From Cetorhinus maximus (lineage: Eukaryota), in contig NC_135901.1 of NCBI RefSeq assembly GCF_964194155.1, forward strand, positions 13,516,001 to 13,580,000: a stretch of 64,000 nt of DNA, given 5' to 3'. The translations under genes were made by a program, and so were the position numbers. Of the stretch, positions 23,480-38,190 are shown one piece after another. Each line of letters opens with the position of its first letter. Position 1 is the first letter of the stretch. The notes under the pieces were generated by a model that saw nothing but the letters and a program-made list of their open reading frames with translations, ran no database searches and was not told where the DNA came from.

Positions 23480-25390
23480 GAAATCAACAATTAAACACGT
23501 CACATCAAATAATTGGCAAAAATCCATCAGGATGATGAGGAACCACTTTTTACTCAATAAGTTATGATCTGGAATGTTCTGCCTGAAAGGCGATTGAAGC
23601 AGGTTCAATAATAACTTTCCAAAGTGAGTTGGATCTCCAGTTAAAAGGTAAAGTTTTCAGGGCTCTGGGGAAAGGGCAGGAAAGTGGGGCTGATTGGCAA
23701 CTCTTTCAAAGATGGTCACAACCCTATAAGGCAGCTCTATGTCGACAGGAGAAAGGCTGGTGTTCAACTCCGTGAGAATAACAAGGAAGTTATGAGAAAC
23801 CAGAATAAAACACTGGTTCAACATCAACTGGAGTATTGTGTCCAATTCTGGACACCACACTTTAGGAAGGATGTGAAGGTATTGAAGAGGATGCAGGACA
23901 GATTATTGATAAGAAGCTTCAGTTATGAGGATAGGTCGGAAAAGCTGGGGCTGATCACTTTAGAGAAGAGAAGATTAAGAGGAGATTTGATAGAAATGCT
24001 CAGAATCATGAGGGATCTGGACAGAGTAGATTGGGAGAAACTATTCCTATTGGCAGAAGGGTTGAGAACCAGAGGACATGGGTTAATGCTGAATTGAAAA
24101 AGAAGCAATGGTGACATGAGGAAAACCCTGTTTATGCAGTGGGTGGTTAGAATCTGTAGTGCACTGACTGAGCGTGTGGTGGAGGAAGGTTCAATCATGC
24201 CTTTCAAAACAGAATTGAATAATTATCTCAAGAGAAAGTGTGTACGAGGAAATGGCCAGGGAGTGGGACTGGCTGAGTAGCTCTTTCAGAAAGCCAGCAT
24301 TGGCATGGACATGATGGGCTGAATGACCTCCTTCTCTGATTCTGATGAAGGCTCTGGGGAAAGGGCAGGGGAATGGGACTCATTGGCAGCTCCTTCTAAG
24401 ATGGTCCCAGCCCTACAATGGAGCTCCATATTGACAGGAGACAGTCTGATGTCCAACTCTCCAAGAATAAAGAAAGATCTTAACTCTTCTAAGGAGCCCT
24501 TCAATTCTCTGTAATTATCTTTCAAATACTGACAGATTCTTTCCTTCTTTTGAAATTCCATTTCCTTATGCCAGGGATGCAGACAGTGCTGGACACAGAG
24601 GGAGCAGCAAACCTGGTTCAGAGTGGACACGCTGGATATATCCCTCCTTAAGTAAGGAGACCAAAACTGTACACAGTACTCTAGGCGTGGTTTCACCAAT
24701 GCCCAGTACAGCTGCAGCAAAACTTCCCTACTTTTATACTCCAACCCTCTTGTAATAAAGGCCAGCATTCCAGTTGCCTTCCTAATTTCTTGCTGTACCT
24801 GCATGCTAACTTTTTGTAATTTATGCACCAGGACACTGAGGTCCCTCTGTACTGCAACATTCTGCAGTTCTCTCGACTTAAATAATTCTCTGCTTTTCTA
24901 TTCTTCTTGCCAAAGTGGAAACCCCCACATTTTCCCAAATTATGCACCATCTGCAAGTGTTTTCCCATTCACTTTGTCTCCTCACAACTTGATTTCCTTA
25001 CCATCTTTGTATCATCAGCAAATTTGGCTGCAATACACTTGGCCCATTCAAACCAATGTATGTTGTAAATAGTTGAGGTCCCAGCACTGATCCCTGTGGT
25101 ATCCCAGCAGTTACAGTTTGCCAACCTGTAAATGACCCATTTATCCAGACTCTCTGTTTCCTGTCAGTTATCCAATCCTCTATCCATATTAATATATCAC
25201 CCCAGCACCTGGTCACTTAGCCTGTGTAGTTAACTTTTATGTGACAGGTAATTGAATACCTTTTCAAAATCCAAATGCACTACATCTACCATTATCCACC
25301 CTGCTAGTTACATCCTCAAAGAACTTGAATGAAATTGTCAAACACGATTTCCCTTTCAGAAAACAATGTTGTCTCTGATTGTATTATGAC
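23480..25390. mobile_element. CR1 LINE fragments (+ at 23780-24340, - at 24635-25390)
   Basis: ORFs 23684-24097, 24286-24828 and 24998-25216 contain LEYCVQFW and [10 protein letters not shown]. Confidence 0.75.
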
Positions 25391-25469
25391 AGTGATTGTT
25401 TTTGGATTTTTTTTCAGAGGAAGAGAACTTACACACAGTTAATTCAAACCAAAAGAAAAGTTAGGTCTG

Positions 25470-25675
25470 AATTTCTAGCCTGAACTTCCAGTGATCGCTT
25501 TTGGCAACTCCTTTTACAGCAGGGTTTGCAGAAGGGAAACACAAACCATGCATCATATCAAAATCTGACAGAGTCACTCAATTGATCAGTACCTAAACAT
25601 CATCAGCTTTTGAACATGGAAGCAAACAGCCCTGTTCAGAGTGGGGAGGAAAGGTTCACGTGTTCTGAATATCCG
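25470..25675 (+). pseudogene. Truncated ZNF leader and start remnant
   Basis: Family acceptor and leader (CTCCTTTTACAG...TCTGACAGAGTCACTC...TTGAACATGGAAG..GGGGAGGAAAGGTTCACGTGT) with no finger array behind it. Confidence 0.55.
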
Positions 25676-25924
25676 GTAAGTCTGGTTGTCCACTCCCATT
25701 GTGTGAGTTTGTGGGAGCTCATCAATCTCTCCCAGTTGAAGCCGGACCAACAGATCGGCTGGAATTAAATGGTTCCAGACATGGAAGGAACGTTAAATAT
25801 CCTGTGAATTCTTCCACTAATTCACACTGTTCTCCAAGGGATGAGTTCAAAGAGAAACAATCGCTACACTGTGTAATTTCCTGAAATAATCTCTGCTGCC
25901 TCTCCTGACTGAATCCATTTCACT

Positions 25925-26420
25925 AACAAATGTTGAAATATTTGCTCCACACCCACAGGGTTTCATCTGTTTAAAGCCACAAACAGAAAGGTCCAGTTTT
26001 CTCCTGGAGTTTGAGACCTGCTTTCAAAATGATGCAGATTCAGCCAATGAGGGAGACGCGGGCTCAGCTCCGCCCCCCTCATTCACTCCGATTGGTTGGA
26101 GGACCAGCCGATCCGGCTCGGTCCTCCAGCCCCGTCCCCTCTTCCTATTGGTCCAAAGCTTCCGTCAATCACTCCCCGCGTATTGTGATCTGGCGCATGC
26201 GCAGTGCGGGTGATGTCCAGGGACAGACGCTTGTTTGTCTCATCTTCAGGCGGGAAGGAGGCGGATAAGCGGAGGCAGCGTTAGGGGCAGTGGGTGGGAG
26301 GGGAGGCTTCACAAACACCCAGTGGAGGCCTCAACACCCCCAGTAAGAAAGTACCGGTCCCGCCTTTGCACCGAACGGAACGGAAGCTCCGGGCTTTCTC
26401 CCGGTGCCAGGCCCGAGTGG
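25925..26420 (+). promoter_or_regulatory. CCAAT/GC-box/NRF1 promoter duplicon of the ZNF at 26828
   Basis: CAGCCAATGAG, CCGCCC, ATTGG and GCGCATGCGCA. Closely similar to 41570-41900 (+) and 58880-59165 (-). Confidence 0.65.
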
Positions 26421-26827
26421 ACAAATGTGGGTTAATGAAGGAAATGCAGCAATGGGTTTGTTAATGAGAAATCACCTTTAACTCACTTTACTGATCCTGG
26501 AGCAGGAGAGAATGGTGTGAATTTCTATCCTGGACTGACAGGGATAGTTTTTGGAAACTCCCTTTACTGAGGGTTAGAAGAGGTGGATTTACAGACAGAA
26601 AAGTCAAACAGACCTGGAGCCTGATCCCCCTCCCTGAAGGATATTAGTGATGCAGTTGAGTTCAGCTCCACAAATTACCAGATTTATTCAGCTCAATTTC
26701 ACAACCTAGGTTTGTCTTTTTGTGGTTTCTCTCTCACTCCCTCTTTTCTGTTTTAAATCAGTTTCATAGGATATTAGAAGGAGAGGGATTGCAGTCAGGA
26801 AATTGAAATCAAACATCATACCAGGAT

Positions 26828-27916
26828 ATGACAGAGTCTCTCGATTCATCAGGACCTGAATATTATCAGTCTTTGAACATGGAAGTAAAAAGCACCATTA
26901 ACACTGAGGAGAAACCAGGGAAATGTGGGCACTGTGGGAAGGGATTCAATTACCCATCTAAGCGAGAAATTCATCAGCGCTGTCACACTGGGGAGAGGAT
27001 ATTTTCCCACTCTGACTGTGGGAAAGAATTCATTGATTCAACCAACCTGCTGACACACCAGCGAGTTCACACTGGGGAGAGACCGTTCAGCTGTCCCAAG
27101 TGTGGGAAGGGATTTGCTCAGTCATCCACCCTGCTGATATACCAGCGAGGTCACACTGGGGAGAGACCGTTCACCTGCTTCGAGTGTGGGAAGGGATTCA
27201 CTTGTTCATCCAACTTGATGAGACACCAGCGAGTTCACACTGACAAGAGACCTTTTAAATGCCCGGGCTGTGGGAAGTGCTATCAAACTTTAGATAAACT
27301 TATGTCCCATCAACATATTCACACTGACGAGAGACCGTTCAGGTGCTCTCACTGTGGAAATGGGTTCAGGCGATCATCCGAACTCACTGTACACCAGCGA
27401 ATTCACACTGGGGAGAGACCATTCCTCTGCTCTGAGTGTGGGATGGGATTCACTCAATCAGCCAATCTGCTGTCACACCAGCGAGTTCACACTGATGAGA
27501 GACCTTTTAAATGCATAGACTGCAGGAAATGTTTTAAAAGTTCTGGAGCACTGATGCGCCATCAAAGAGTCCACACTGATGAGAGACCTTTTAAATGCCC
27601 AGACTGTGGGAAGTGATATAAAAGGTCTGGGGATCTGATGTCCCATCAACGTATTCACGCTGACGAGAGACCATTCAGATGCTCTCACTGTGAGATTGGG
27701 TTCAGGCAATCGTCTCAGCTCACTGAAAATCAGCGAATTCACACTGGAGAGAGGCCGTTCACCTGCTCCGAGTGTGGGAAGGGATTTACTCAGTCATTCC
27801 ATCTGCAGACACACCAACGGGTTCACAGTGTGGAGAGACCTTTCACCTGTTTCGTGTGTGGGAAGAGAATCACTCGGTCATCCACCCTGATGAGTCACCA
27901 GCGAGTTCACAAATAA
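26828..27916 (+). pseudogene. C2H2 ZNF (about 12 fingers) with an in-frame TGA at 27614-27616
   Basis: ORFs 26828-27616 and 27638-27916 share a frame. Three fingers have also lost Zn ligands (HSDC, YQRGH, NQRIH). Confidence 0.8.
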
Positions 27917-28789
27917 TTACAGTGATTGGATTTTGCTGTTAATCATGCCCAGGACTGAACCATGTTCATTGGGGTCTGTTTCTGCTGATGTTAATAAACT
28001 CCAGCCCAGTTTTACTGGTTAATATTTTGGATAAAAGTCAAATAAATCAGCTTTGTTCTAAACGCACAGTGTGGCGAATCTTCTAGTATCTCTAACAGAA
28101 GTTAGTTCCTTTTGAAGTGCTCTCCCTTTCCTCGTATCCTCCTCCTCACCTCAAACAACAAGCATGAGAAGCTCATGGAGCTTCTTTGTCACGAAGATTG
28201 AGACAATCCGATCAGCTGCCTCTGCTTCTTCCCTCCCTTCCACTAGCCCACCTGGCCAAACTGTATCTGAAGCGCCTTCTTGTCGAAGCTCTGCACTTGC
28301 ATCTTTCTCCAGTTTCTCTCCTATCTTCCATCTCCCTCAGCTCATCTTGTCCATGAGACCTGCCTTCGGCTTCCTTGACCCTATTCTCACTAAACTGCTG
28401 ACCATCCAACTTCCACATTTTAGACAATATTCTTAATGGTTCTCTTTCTTTTCGTACTGTCCCTCTCACCTTTAAATCCATTGTTGTCTCTCATCATAAA
28501 AAAATCCTTCGACCCCACCATCCTCCTCCACTCTCTTTTCTCTAACTTGGTACTTGCTGGCAAACTGTTAGATCTCTAATTCTTTTCCAGTTTGGATCAA
28601 AGGTTCCTGACCTGAAGCATTCACTCTTTTTCCCTCTCTGTAGATGCTGTTTGACCTGCTCAGAGTTTCCAATATTTTCTGTTTTGAGGTCAAACAATTA
28701 TACGAATTAGGAGGAGGAGTAGGCCACTCGGCCCCTCGAGCCTGATCTAATTGAGCTGATCTAATTGTAACCTTAACTCCACATTCCTG

Positions 28790-29150
28790 CCCACCTCCGC
28801 CCCGCCCCTCTGTTGCATCACCAACACAGCCGCGCATGCGCTCCGTTCCCCGGTGGCCATTAAACTGGGCCTCTTCCTGGGAAAAAGTCCCAGAGCTGTA
28901 AACGCAGGACCCGCAGAATTTTATTCAGGCCTTGCGGCCTACACCAGGTCTTTATGAAGCCTCCTTTTCCTCCCCCTCCCGGCTCCATCCCTCCACCTCA
29001 TCGACTCTCACCCGCTGCAAAAAGCGTCTCCCGCAATCACAAGGTTCTGACCAAAGTGACACTGCGCATGCTCTGGACATAGTCCAATATTGCACCTGCG
29101 CACTGGGCTCCTGTAGAGGGAATAGGGCACATTCACATTCGTAGGGGAGG
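28790..29150 (-). promoter_or_regulatory. Orphan ZNF promoter-like module
   Basis: GCGCATGCG motifs and TTTATTCAGGCC...GAAGCCT similar to 50860-51210 and 11600-11810. No ZNF CDS follows on this strand. Confidence 0.45.
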
Positions 29151-29679
29151 TTGGGTAACAAGAGCGCCATTGATACTCCAGACAGAGAAGAGCAAATAAT
29201 TCTGTTACCAACTGAGATAAATTGATTTAAAAATCACATAAATTCTTGTCAATGCCGTGTTTCTTTTCTCAAAATAATTCTAACCCCTGCTCTCCTGTGT
29301 TTTAAAAACTTTTCTGACTCTATCTCCTCCTCTGAAGGTGTTGATTCAGGCTAGCTGCAATCCCACAGTAGCTGCTTCCTCTCTCTTGATCTCGCTATCC
29401 CCTGATACTGAATATTCACAGTTTTATAGAATGATACAACACAGATGGAAACCATTCGGCCCATCATGCCTGTGCTGACACTTTGGAAGATCTATCCAAT
29501 TAATTCCTCAGACCTGTTGGCACTGTCAGAACAATGTATATCTGCTGTAGAGATGGAAGCGGTGAATAGAAAAGGTTTTCCAGTTGGATACTTCTCAGAC
29601 ACACTCACCACTGTGGAAAGATCAATTGTCCAGTTTATTAAGCAGAATTGAGTGTTCACTGGTTGGTTAAGCACACAGA

Positions 29680-31420
29680 GTATTTGCTGGAGTTAAATTC
29701 AAAAATTCTACACACCCCCATATACTGCAGTGACATTATTAGTTAAAGGCCAAGGCAAGGGAATATCCTTGGTGTGATAGAGTAAATGAATTGAGTTACA
29801 AAGCAATGGCATTAACATCATAAAACTGAAAAAATTACCAATTGGCTGGAATGTTGCAGTATGAAGGAACCTCACATACTTGTCAGGTGAAAGAGGCCAT
29901 GTACAATGGACCTATTAAAGCCACACCACTGTTAGACTCCACTGGGGTTTATGTGGATGAGTCTTGGTTTTATCAACAGGGACCATATTAGACTGGTACA
30001 ACATCTTTGATTCCCCATGACAGCTGTAGTATCCTTATTAAATGCCCACCACAATACTTAGTCCAGAAATCTGAGGTTATTGTGATCAAAGCCCTTAAAA
30101 CCGTCACTGATTGAATCAGGAACTATTCTGAAACCTCCTTGGGTTGTAACTCCTTCAGGGAAAACCCATTTCTCTGGCAAAAAAAAACACAACAGCAAGG
30201 AAACCACTCAGCCACCACTCCAAACTCCGAATGATTTGGGATATTGCTGGTAAGTGTCCGGGGCAATTTGCTATTTGTAAGGCGAAGGTACATCAACAGC
30301 AGGAGTTAGTGAAGAGGGTAATAACCAGGCAGACTGACTCACTAGGAAAGCTGCTGGGATGTGCTTGGGATCCACCCAAAACTCCATCATTGGCACTGAT
30401 ATGAGAGACTCCAGTTAAACCTGATTTTAAAATTTGTCAGGATCCTGACCCTGATGTGACTATAGTCAAAGAGGCCGTACACCATAGGAGACTTTACCTC
30501 ATCCCTCACAGCAAGTAAGGACTCGCTCATCCGACATGACGAGGTTTTTCTATTACATGGATGGCTCTAATTTGACTAGAGTCACACCTCAATGGCTCAG
30601 AAAAGGATTCATTTTGTTTATGGGTCAAATTGGGGACATGTTTCTCTTTTTCAAGTCATCGATATGTCACAGAATTACTATTGGTGGCAGAGGATGCACC
30701 AGGGTGCACCAGGATGTCCATCATAACCGGAACCTGTGTCTCATCTGTGTCAAAATCAATCCAGATCTTCAAAATTTAAGGTTCCGATGTACACATCCCG
30801 CCTGAATGATGTTCCTGGGAAGCATTGAAGATTGATTATACAGGTTCATTATGTAGATAAAAGGAAGGGATTAGGATATCATGGTAATTATAGATACGTT
30901 TACTCGGTGGATTCAAGATTTCTTGGTGTGTAATAATGATGCAGTCACTACAGCCAATATCCCATGGGAATAGATCTTTACCAGATGGGGCTTTCTGAAA
31001 AGGATAGAGTGATATTGATTCTCATTTCACAGCAGAAGTAATGCAACAGCTCTGTCATCTTATGGTTTGTAACTACATTTCCACATCCTCTACCGCACAA
31101 AGTCCAGTGGGATGCTCGAGAGCTTTAATCACTCTGGATAAACAACACTGAAAAAAGCTGTCGTGAAGGGAGCTTATTCAACACCTCCAGGGAGAACAAC
31201 CCCATCCGTTACATTATCTCTTAAATGGGAGATGAAGTAATGTTAAAAAAAAATTGTGAAAAGAGGTAGGGCTAGGAGGCTATTCGGGAAGATCCATATG
31301 ATGTTCTGGATAATTGGGAGAATAAAATCTTATATTATTTAATTGGAAATGAGGAAGGGAAGCACAATATCCAAGTTACTATGGAGATCAGTGTAAACAG
31401 TACAAAATGAAAAGGTCAGA
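29680..31420 (+). mobile_element. Highly degraded LTR-retroelement/ERV pol remnant (RNase H and integrase)
   Basis: FYYMDGS at about 30548, VIIDTFTRWIQDF at about 30883, DSHFTAEVMQQLC at about 31017 and HILYRTKSSGMLESFN at about 31082. Confidence 0.65.
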
Positions 31421-31767
31421 TAACCACATGGGGAATAAACGCTTGTGTTTGATTTTACCCAACAGGGACTTGATGTGGATGGTCATCGTTCATCGTGCTG
31501 CTGGAACTGTCCAGGTTGAAGCCCTATGCATTTCCCCCAGATTATCCTTTCTGAGCTCCAGCCAGATGATGCTAAACACTCAATTGAGAAAGACAAAAAT
31601 CTACAACAATGTGTTTAAACCAAAGTTGATTTATTCCACATTCAAACAGAATATTAAACTCAAGCCCAATGATGGGATTATTACCATCCGAGACAAACCC
31701 TGATTCTCACAAGGAACGTGGTTCAATCCTGCCTGAGATTAACAGCAGATTCCAACCTCCACAGTCA

Positions 31768-32700
<933 letters not shown>

Positions 32701-33269
32701 AATGAATTTAAGACAAGGCAAAGGGAGTGAGGGAGAACGCACAAAAGCACAGACAGGTGATGAAACTGAACTGAATGAATTTAGTCATTTGTGGAGCCAA
32801 CACGAGGAAAAAGTGACAATGAAAACTGTTGGATTGTAAAACCTAACTGGGTCATTGATTTTCGTCAGGGTAGGGAACCTGCCACCCAATATTGACCTAC
32901 AATAAGACTGTGGCCTCAACAGAAACAGATAGAGAGGTAGAAGGTTTAGGGCTGTGGTGTGGGAATGATACTGAAGGAGAGGGGTCTTATGCATTGACAT
33001 GTCGACAAGAACTTAGACATGACCTCCTAAAATTGTGACTTCCACCCACTTTAAAGACAATAACAGCAGGTGCATGTGGAAACCTTCATGTTCATTTCAA
33101 GTCATACACACCATCCTGACTTGGATTCTCTGTTTCTTCATCATTGCTGGGCGAAAATCCTGCAATCCCTTACCTAACAGCATTGTCAAAGTGCCTCCAG
33201 CACAAGGACTGGTGTGGATAAAGAAGGCCCACAATCAGCTTCGTGTGGAGCAGGTTGGATTTCACAGGA

Positions 33270-33740
33270 TGTGGGCATTGCTGGCGAGGCCAGCATTTAT
33301 TGCCCATCACTAATTGCCCTTGAGAAGGTGGTGGTGAGCCACCTTATTGAGCTGCTGCAGTCTATGTAGTGTAGGCACACCACACTGCTGCTGGAAAAGA
33401 GTTCCAGGATTTTGATCAGCTGATAGTGAAGGAACGGTGATATAGTTCCACGACAAGATGCTGAGTGGCTTAGAGGGAAAATTGCAGGTGGCGGTGATCC
33501 ATGAGTCTGCTGGCCTTGTCCTTCTAGGTGATAAAAGTCGTGTGTTTGAAGATGCTGTCGAACAAAACTTAGCGAGTTGCTGCAGTGCATCTCATAGATG
33601 ATACACATTGTTGCCACTCTGCAACGGTGGTGGAGGGAGTGGATATTTAAGCTGGTTGGTGGAGTGTCAATCACGCAGGCTGCTTTGTCCTGGATGTTGC
33701 CAAGCTTCTCGAGTGTAACTGAAGCTGCACTCATCCGCTA
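33270..33740 (-). mobile_element. CR1-group LINE 3' fragment
   Basis: ORF 33297-33734 (IQDKAAC.I...SLHHR...CIIYEMHCSNS). Confidence 0.7.
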
Positions 33741-34159
33741 TATTTGCTGGCCTTGCTGGCAAAAGCCCACACCCCAAGAATTAATTTGAAAAACTAAATG
33801 GAAATGAATTAAAAGCCTTTACTGAAATTATTGCTCTGAAGAGAATACTTGTTTACTTTGTAGGGGCTGTGTCTGTTTAGCAACCGAACATCCCAGAGGA
33901 ATCTATCTCCCCTGGCAGTCCACACATTGGGAATTTTGAGGATTAACTGGGCTGAAAACTACACAGAAGATTCTCCCCGTCCCCATTCCTTTTCAAACTG
34001 ATACAACAATAAAGATCCACTCAGGAGGCCAGGGACAGGCAAGGGCATCCAACTCCAATCCTGAGGCAAATACTGGAAATATTATGTTGTTTAAACAGAA
34101 TATGTGCAGAGTGAACCGTAAAAGATTTCCATTCTGTTGAGTTTTTGCCAGGATGCAGG

Positions 34160-34790
34160 AAAACACTTACCTGCAGCTGCTCATTAATGGTGGCCATCCC
34201 TCCCACAAATCCCCGCGCCCCTGAAACCGCTCTATCCAACTCGCTCCTTTCTCCAGGCGCTGAGAGTGCGCATGCTCCCCCGGACCAGCCGCGGGGCATT
34301 CTGGGCGGCTCCTTTGTTGTGAGTCGGACTCAGTGCAAACGGGAGAAGAAACCGGGAAGCGGCGGCGAGGACGGGGGAGGCGCTGCAGCATCGCTTTAAT
34401 GGGCAGCCCCGACCCCCAGCCTCCCAGCCCGGGGAGATCACCGCACGGCTGCCGGGCCCGGCCGCTCTCATTCGGCCTCTGAGAGCCGCACTCGCTGCTC
34501 CTGAGGCTGCGCTTGCCCCCCGCTCAGTTTCTCCATTGAATCCTGTTTCTCTCCTTGTTTCTCCCAACTCAGATTCACCGCCTCATTTTCTTTTCTTCCT
34601 CTGAACCCCTGAACTCCATCTGACAGGGTCATGTTGGAGAGCGGGCATTGACTGTCCTGGGAAACAACAGCAAGAGGAGCTCAGAGGCCGGAGGAGCAAA
34701 GGAGCAGCGAGTTCAGTCACCAATCGGGGGGGATTGAGGACTGGATCCTGAGTCAGTCAGTCAGGGGAGTCGGAGTGAACCCCTGGGGAA
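34160..34790. promoter_or_regulatory. CpG island, candidate bidirectional promoter between divergent ZNFs
   Basis: NRF1-like site at about 34267, ZNF143-like at 34290-34307 and ETS-like GGGAAG. A perfect minus-strand donor CAG|GTAAGT lies at 34173-34165. Confidence 0.6.
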
Positions 34791-35301
34791 TCATTCATCT
34801 CTGAAAAATTAAATGAGTATCTCTTTAATCAAAAATACAATTTAACATTTATCAGTTTAATTTTTAAAAATTCTTTGTTATCTCAATCCTAGACATCGCT
34901 GCAGGAATTCCTCAGGACAGTATCCTGGGCCCAACCATCTTCAGCTGCTTTATCAATCATAAATCAGACTTGGGAATATATTGCCGTTCCTTCATTGTCG
35001 CTGGGTCAAAATCCTGGAACTCCCTTCCTAACAGCGCCGACACCACATGGACTACAGCAGTTCAAGGAAGTGAACAGGAAGATTTGCTGACAGGAAACTC
35101 AAACCAAAAATCACGTCAAAATCTGACAGATTCACTCAATACATCAGGTGCTGGATATCATTGAAACTTAAATGTAGAAGGAGAAATGTTTTAACCAATT
35201 GCACGGCGTGAAAAAACATCCAATCATTCACAGCGGGGATAAACTGTATACGAAGTTTGGTCTGACCATCCAACATGGACAGCCACGAGGACACCGGCAC
35301 C

Positions 35302-36144
35302 ATGGAGAAACCGTGGAAATGTGGGGACTGTGGGAAGGGATTTGGTTCCCCGTCAAAGCTGGAAATTCATCAACGCAGTCACACTGGGGAGAGGTCATTC
35401 ACCTGCTCCGTGTGTGGGAAGGGATTCACTAGTTCATCCAACCTTCTGAGACACCAGCACATTCACACTGAGCAGAGTTCAGTCATCTGCTCCGTGTGTG
35501 GGAAGGCAATCGGTCATTCATCAAACTTTCTGAGGCACCAGCAAACTCACAGTGGAGAGAGGCCGTTCACCTGCTCTGTGTGCGGGAAGGGATTCACTCA
35601 GTCATCCTACCTGCTGACACACCAGCGCATTCACACAAGGGAGAGACCGTTCATCTGCTCCTTGTGTGGAGAGGGATTTAACCAATTATCCAGGCTTCTG
35701 AATCACCAGAGAATTCACACTGGGGAGAGCCCATACACCTGCTTTATCTGTGGCAAGGGATTTCATCGGCCTTCCAAACTACTGACACACCAGCGAATTC
35801 ACACTGGGGAGAGGCCATTCACCTGCTCCATGTGTGGGAAGGGATACACCAATTCATCTGACCTGTTGACACATCAGCGAGTTCACACTGGCGAGAGGCC
35901 ATTCACATGTTCCGTGTGTGGAAAAGGATTCATTCGGTCATCCCACCTTCTGACACATCAACTTGTTCATACTGATCAGAGACCTTTTAAATGTTCTGAG
36001 TGTGAGAAGACCTTCAAAAGTGAAAAGGATCTGATGACACACCAACGAGTTCACACTGGGGAGAGGCCATTCACCTGCTTCGTGTGTGGGAAGGGATTCA
36101 CTCAGTCATCCACCTTGCTGACACATCAGCGAGTTCACAAGTGA
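35302..36144 (+). CDS. C2H2 zinc-finger protein, 10 fingers, no KRAB
   Basis: Open frame MEKPWKC...HQRVHK*. An alternative in-frame ATG is at 35275. Confidence 0.9.
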   Translation: MEKPWKCGDCGKGFGSPSKLEIHQRSHTGERSFTCSVCGKGFTSSSNLLRHQHIHTEQSSVICSVCGKAIGHSSNFLRHQQTHSGERPFTCSVCGKGFTQSSYLLTHQRIHTRERPFICSLCGEGFNQLSRLLNHQRIHTGESPYTCFICGKGFHRPSKLLTHQRIHTGERPFTCSMCGKGYTNSSDLLTHQRVHTGERPFTCSVCGKGFIRSSHLLTHQLVHTDQRPFKCSECEKTFKSEKDLMTHQRVHTGERPFTCFVCGKGFTQSSTLLTHQRVHK

Positions 36145-36244
36145 CTATGGGGATTGAAATCTGTGGTTACTGTTGCTGTTAATCCTGTTCAGGATTGAAT
36201 TCTTTCATTCTGACAGATGGAGTTTGTTTCTGCTGAAATATAAT

Positions 36245-38190
36245 TGTGTAAAGATGAGTGGCAGCTCAGAAGACTGGACAGAATTTAAAAAAAGAAGAGG
36301 ATGACTGAAAGATTAATAAAGAGGGAAAAATTCGAATATGAGAGAAAGCTAGTTAGAAATATAAAGACAGATAGTAAGAGTAAATATTGATATTTAAAAA
36401 TGAGAAGTGTTAACCAAGTGAAGGTTGCTCCTATAGAAAGTGAATCAGGGGAGTTATTAATGGAAAATAAGGAGATGGAAGATTAATTGAAGAGGTATTT
36501 TGCATCGTCTTCACTGTAGAGGGTACAAGTAACTTGCCAGAAATGGCTGTAAATCAGAAATTGGAAGGGAGGGAGGAACTCAAGAAAATTACAATCACCA
36601 GGGAAGTGGTATTGAGCAAATTGTTGGAGCTGCGGGCTGACAAGTCCCCCTGTCCTGATGGATCCTGGGGTCTTAAAAGAAGTGGCTAGTGAGATAGTTG
36701 ATGCATTGATTTTAATTTTCCAAAATTCATTAGATTTGGAGAAGGTTCCGTCAGATAGGAAAAGAGAAAATGTAACTCCTTTATTCAAAAAGGGAGGGAG
36801 ACAGAGAGCAGAAAACTATAGGCCAGTTACTTAACTTCTGTCATAGGGAAAATGTTAGAAGCATTATAACAGGGCACTTAGATAAATTCAAGGTAATCAG
36901 GCAGAGTCAACAAGGTTTTGTGAGAGGGAAATCATGTTTAACCAATTTATTGGGGCTCTTTGAAGAAGTAATAGGTGCCGTGGATAAAGGAGAACTGGTG
37001 GATGTACTGTACCTATATTTCCAGAAGGCATTTGATAAGGTGCCTCATTAAAGGTTATTGTGGAAAATGAAATCTCATGGTGTAGGGGGTAACATATTGA
37101 CATGAATAGAAGATTAGCTAGTTAACAGGAAGAAGAGAGTAGGCATAAATGGGTCTTTTTCTGATTAGCAGGATGTGATGAGTGGTGTGCCACAAGGATC
37201 AGTGCTGGGACCTCAACTCTTTACAATTTATATAAATGATCTGGATGAAGGAACCGATGGTACGGTTGTTAAATTTGCTGATGACACACAGGTAGGAAAA
37301 TAAATTGTGAAGAGGACATAAGGAGGCTACAAAAGGATCCAAACAGGTTAGGTGAGTGAGCAAAGATCTGGCAAATGGAATATAATGTGGGAAAATGTGA
37401 CAATGTCCATTTTGGCAGGAAGAATAAAAAAAGGAGCATATTATTCAAATGGTGAGAGATTGCAGAGCTCTGAGATTCAGAAGGATCTGGGTGCCCTGGT
37501 GCATGAATCGCAAAATATTAGCATGCAGGTGCAACAAGCAAAACTGAAAGAATGTTATTGTTCATTGTGAGGGGAATTGAATACAAGAGTAGGGAGGTTA
37601 TGCTTCAGTTATACAGGGCACTGGTGAGCCCACATCTGGAGTACTGTGTGTAGTATTGGTCACCTTATTTATGGAAGGATGTAAATGCATTGGAAGCAGT
37701 TCAGCGAAGGTTTAGTAGATCAATACCAGGAATAGGCAGGCTGTCTTATGAGGAAAGTTTGGACAGACTAGGCTTATATCTGTTGGAGTTTAGACGGGTA
37801 AGAGGCAACTTGACTGAAACACATAAGCTTATGAGGGGCCTTGTCAAGGTGGATGTGGAAAGGATGCTTTCTCTTCTGAGAGAATCTTGAACTAGGGGTC
37901 ACTGCTTAAGGGGTCGCCCATTTAAGAAAGAGATGAGGAATTTTTTTTTCTCCATAGGGTTGTGAGACTTTGGAATTCTCTTCCTCAAAAGGCAGTTGAG
38001 GCAGAGTCTTTGAATATCTTTAAGGCAGAGATAGATAGATTCTTGATAAGCAAGGGGTGAAAGGTTATCGGGGTAGGCAGGAATGTGTAGTTGAGATTAC
38101 AATCAGATCAGCCATGATCTTATTGAATGGCGGAACAAGCCCGAGGGGCCGAGTGGCCTACTCCTGCTCTTAATTCGTATGTTCGTATAT
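36245..38190 (+). mobile_element. CR1 LINE, 5'-truncated and degenerate, inserted in the ZNF 3' UTR
   Basis: [28 protein letters not shown] and KFADDT in order. Tail ends TTCGTATGTTCGTAT. Confidence 0.85.

Noticed and set aside
27614-27616. Selenocysteine or readthrough TGA in a ZNF
   Set aside because: The TGA replaces a non-ligand Cys, other fingers are also decayed, and no SECIS is evident.
34165-34173. ACTTACCTG as another U1 fragment
   Set aside because: Only 9 nt match. It is better explained as a consensus splice donor on the minus strand.
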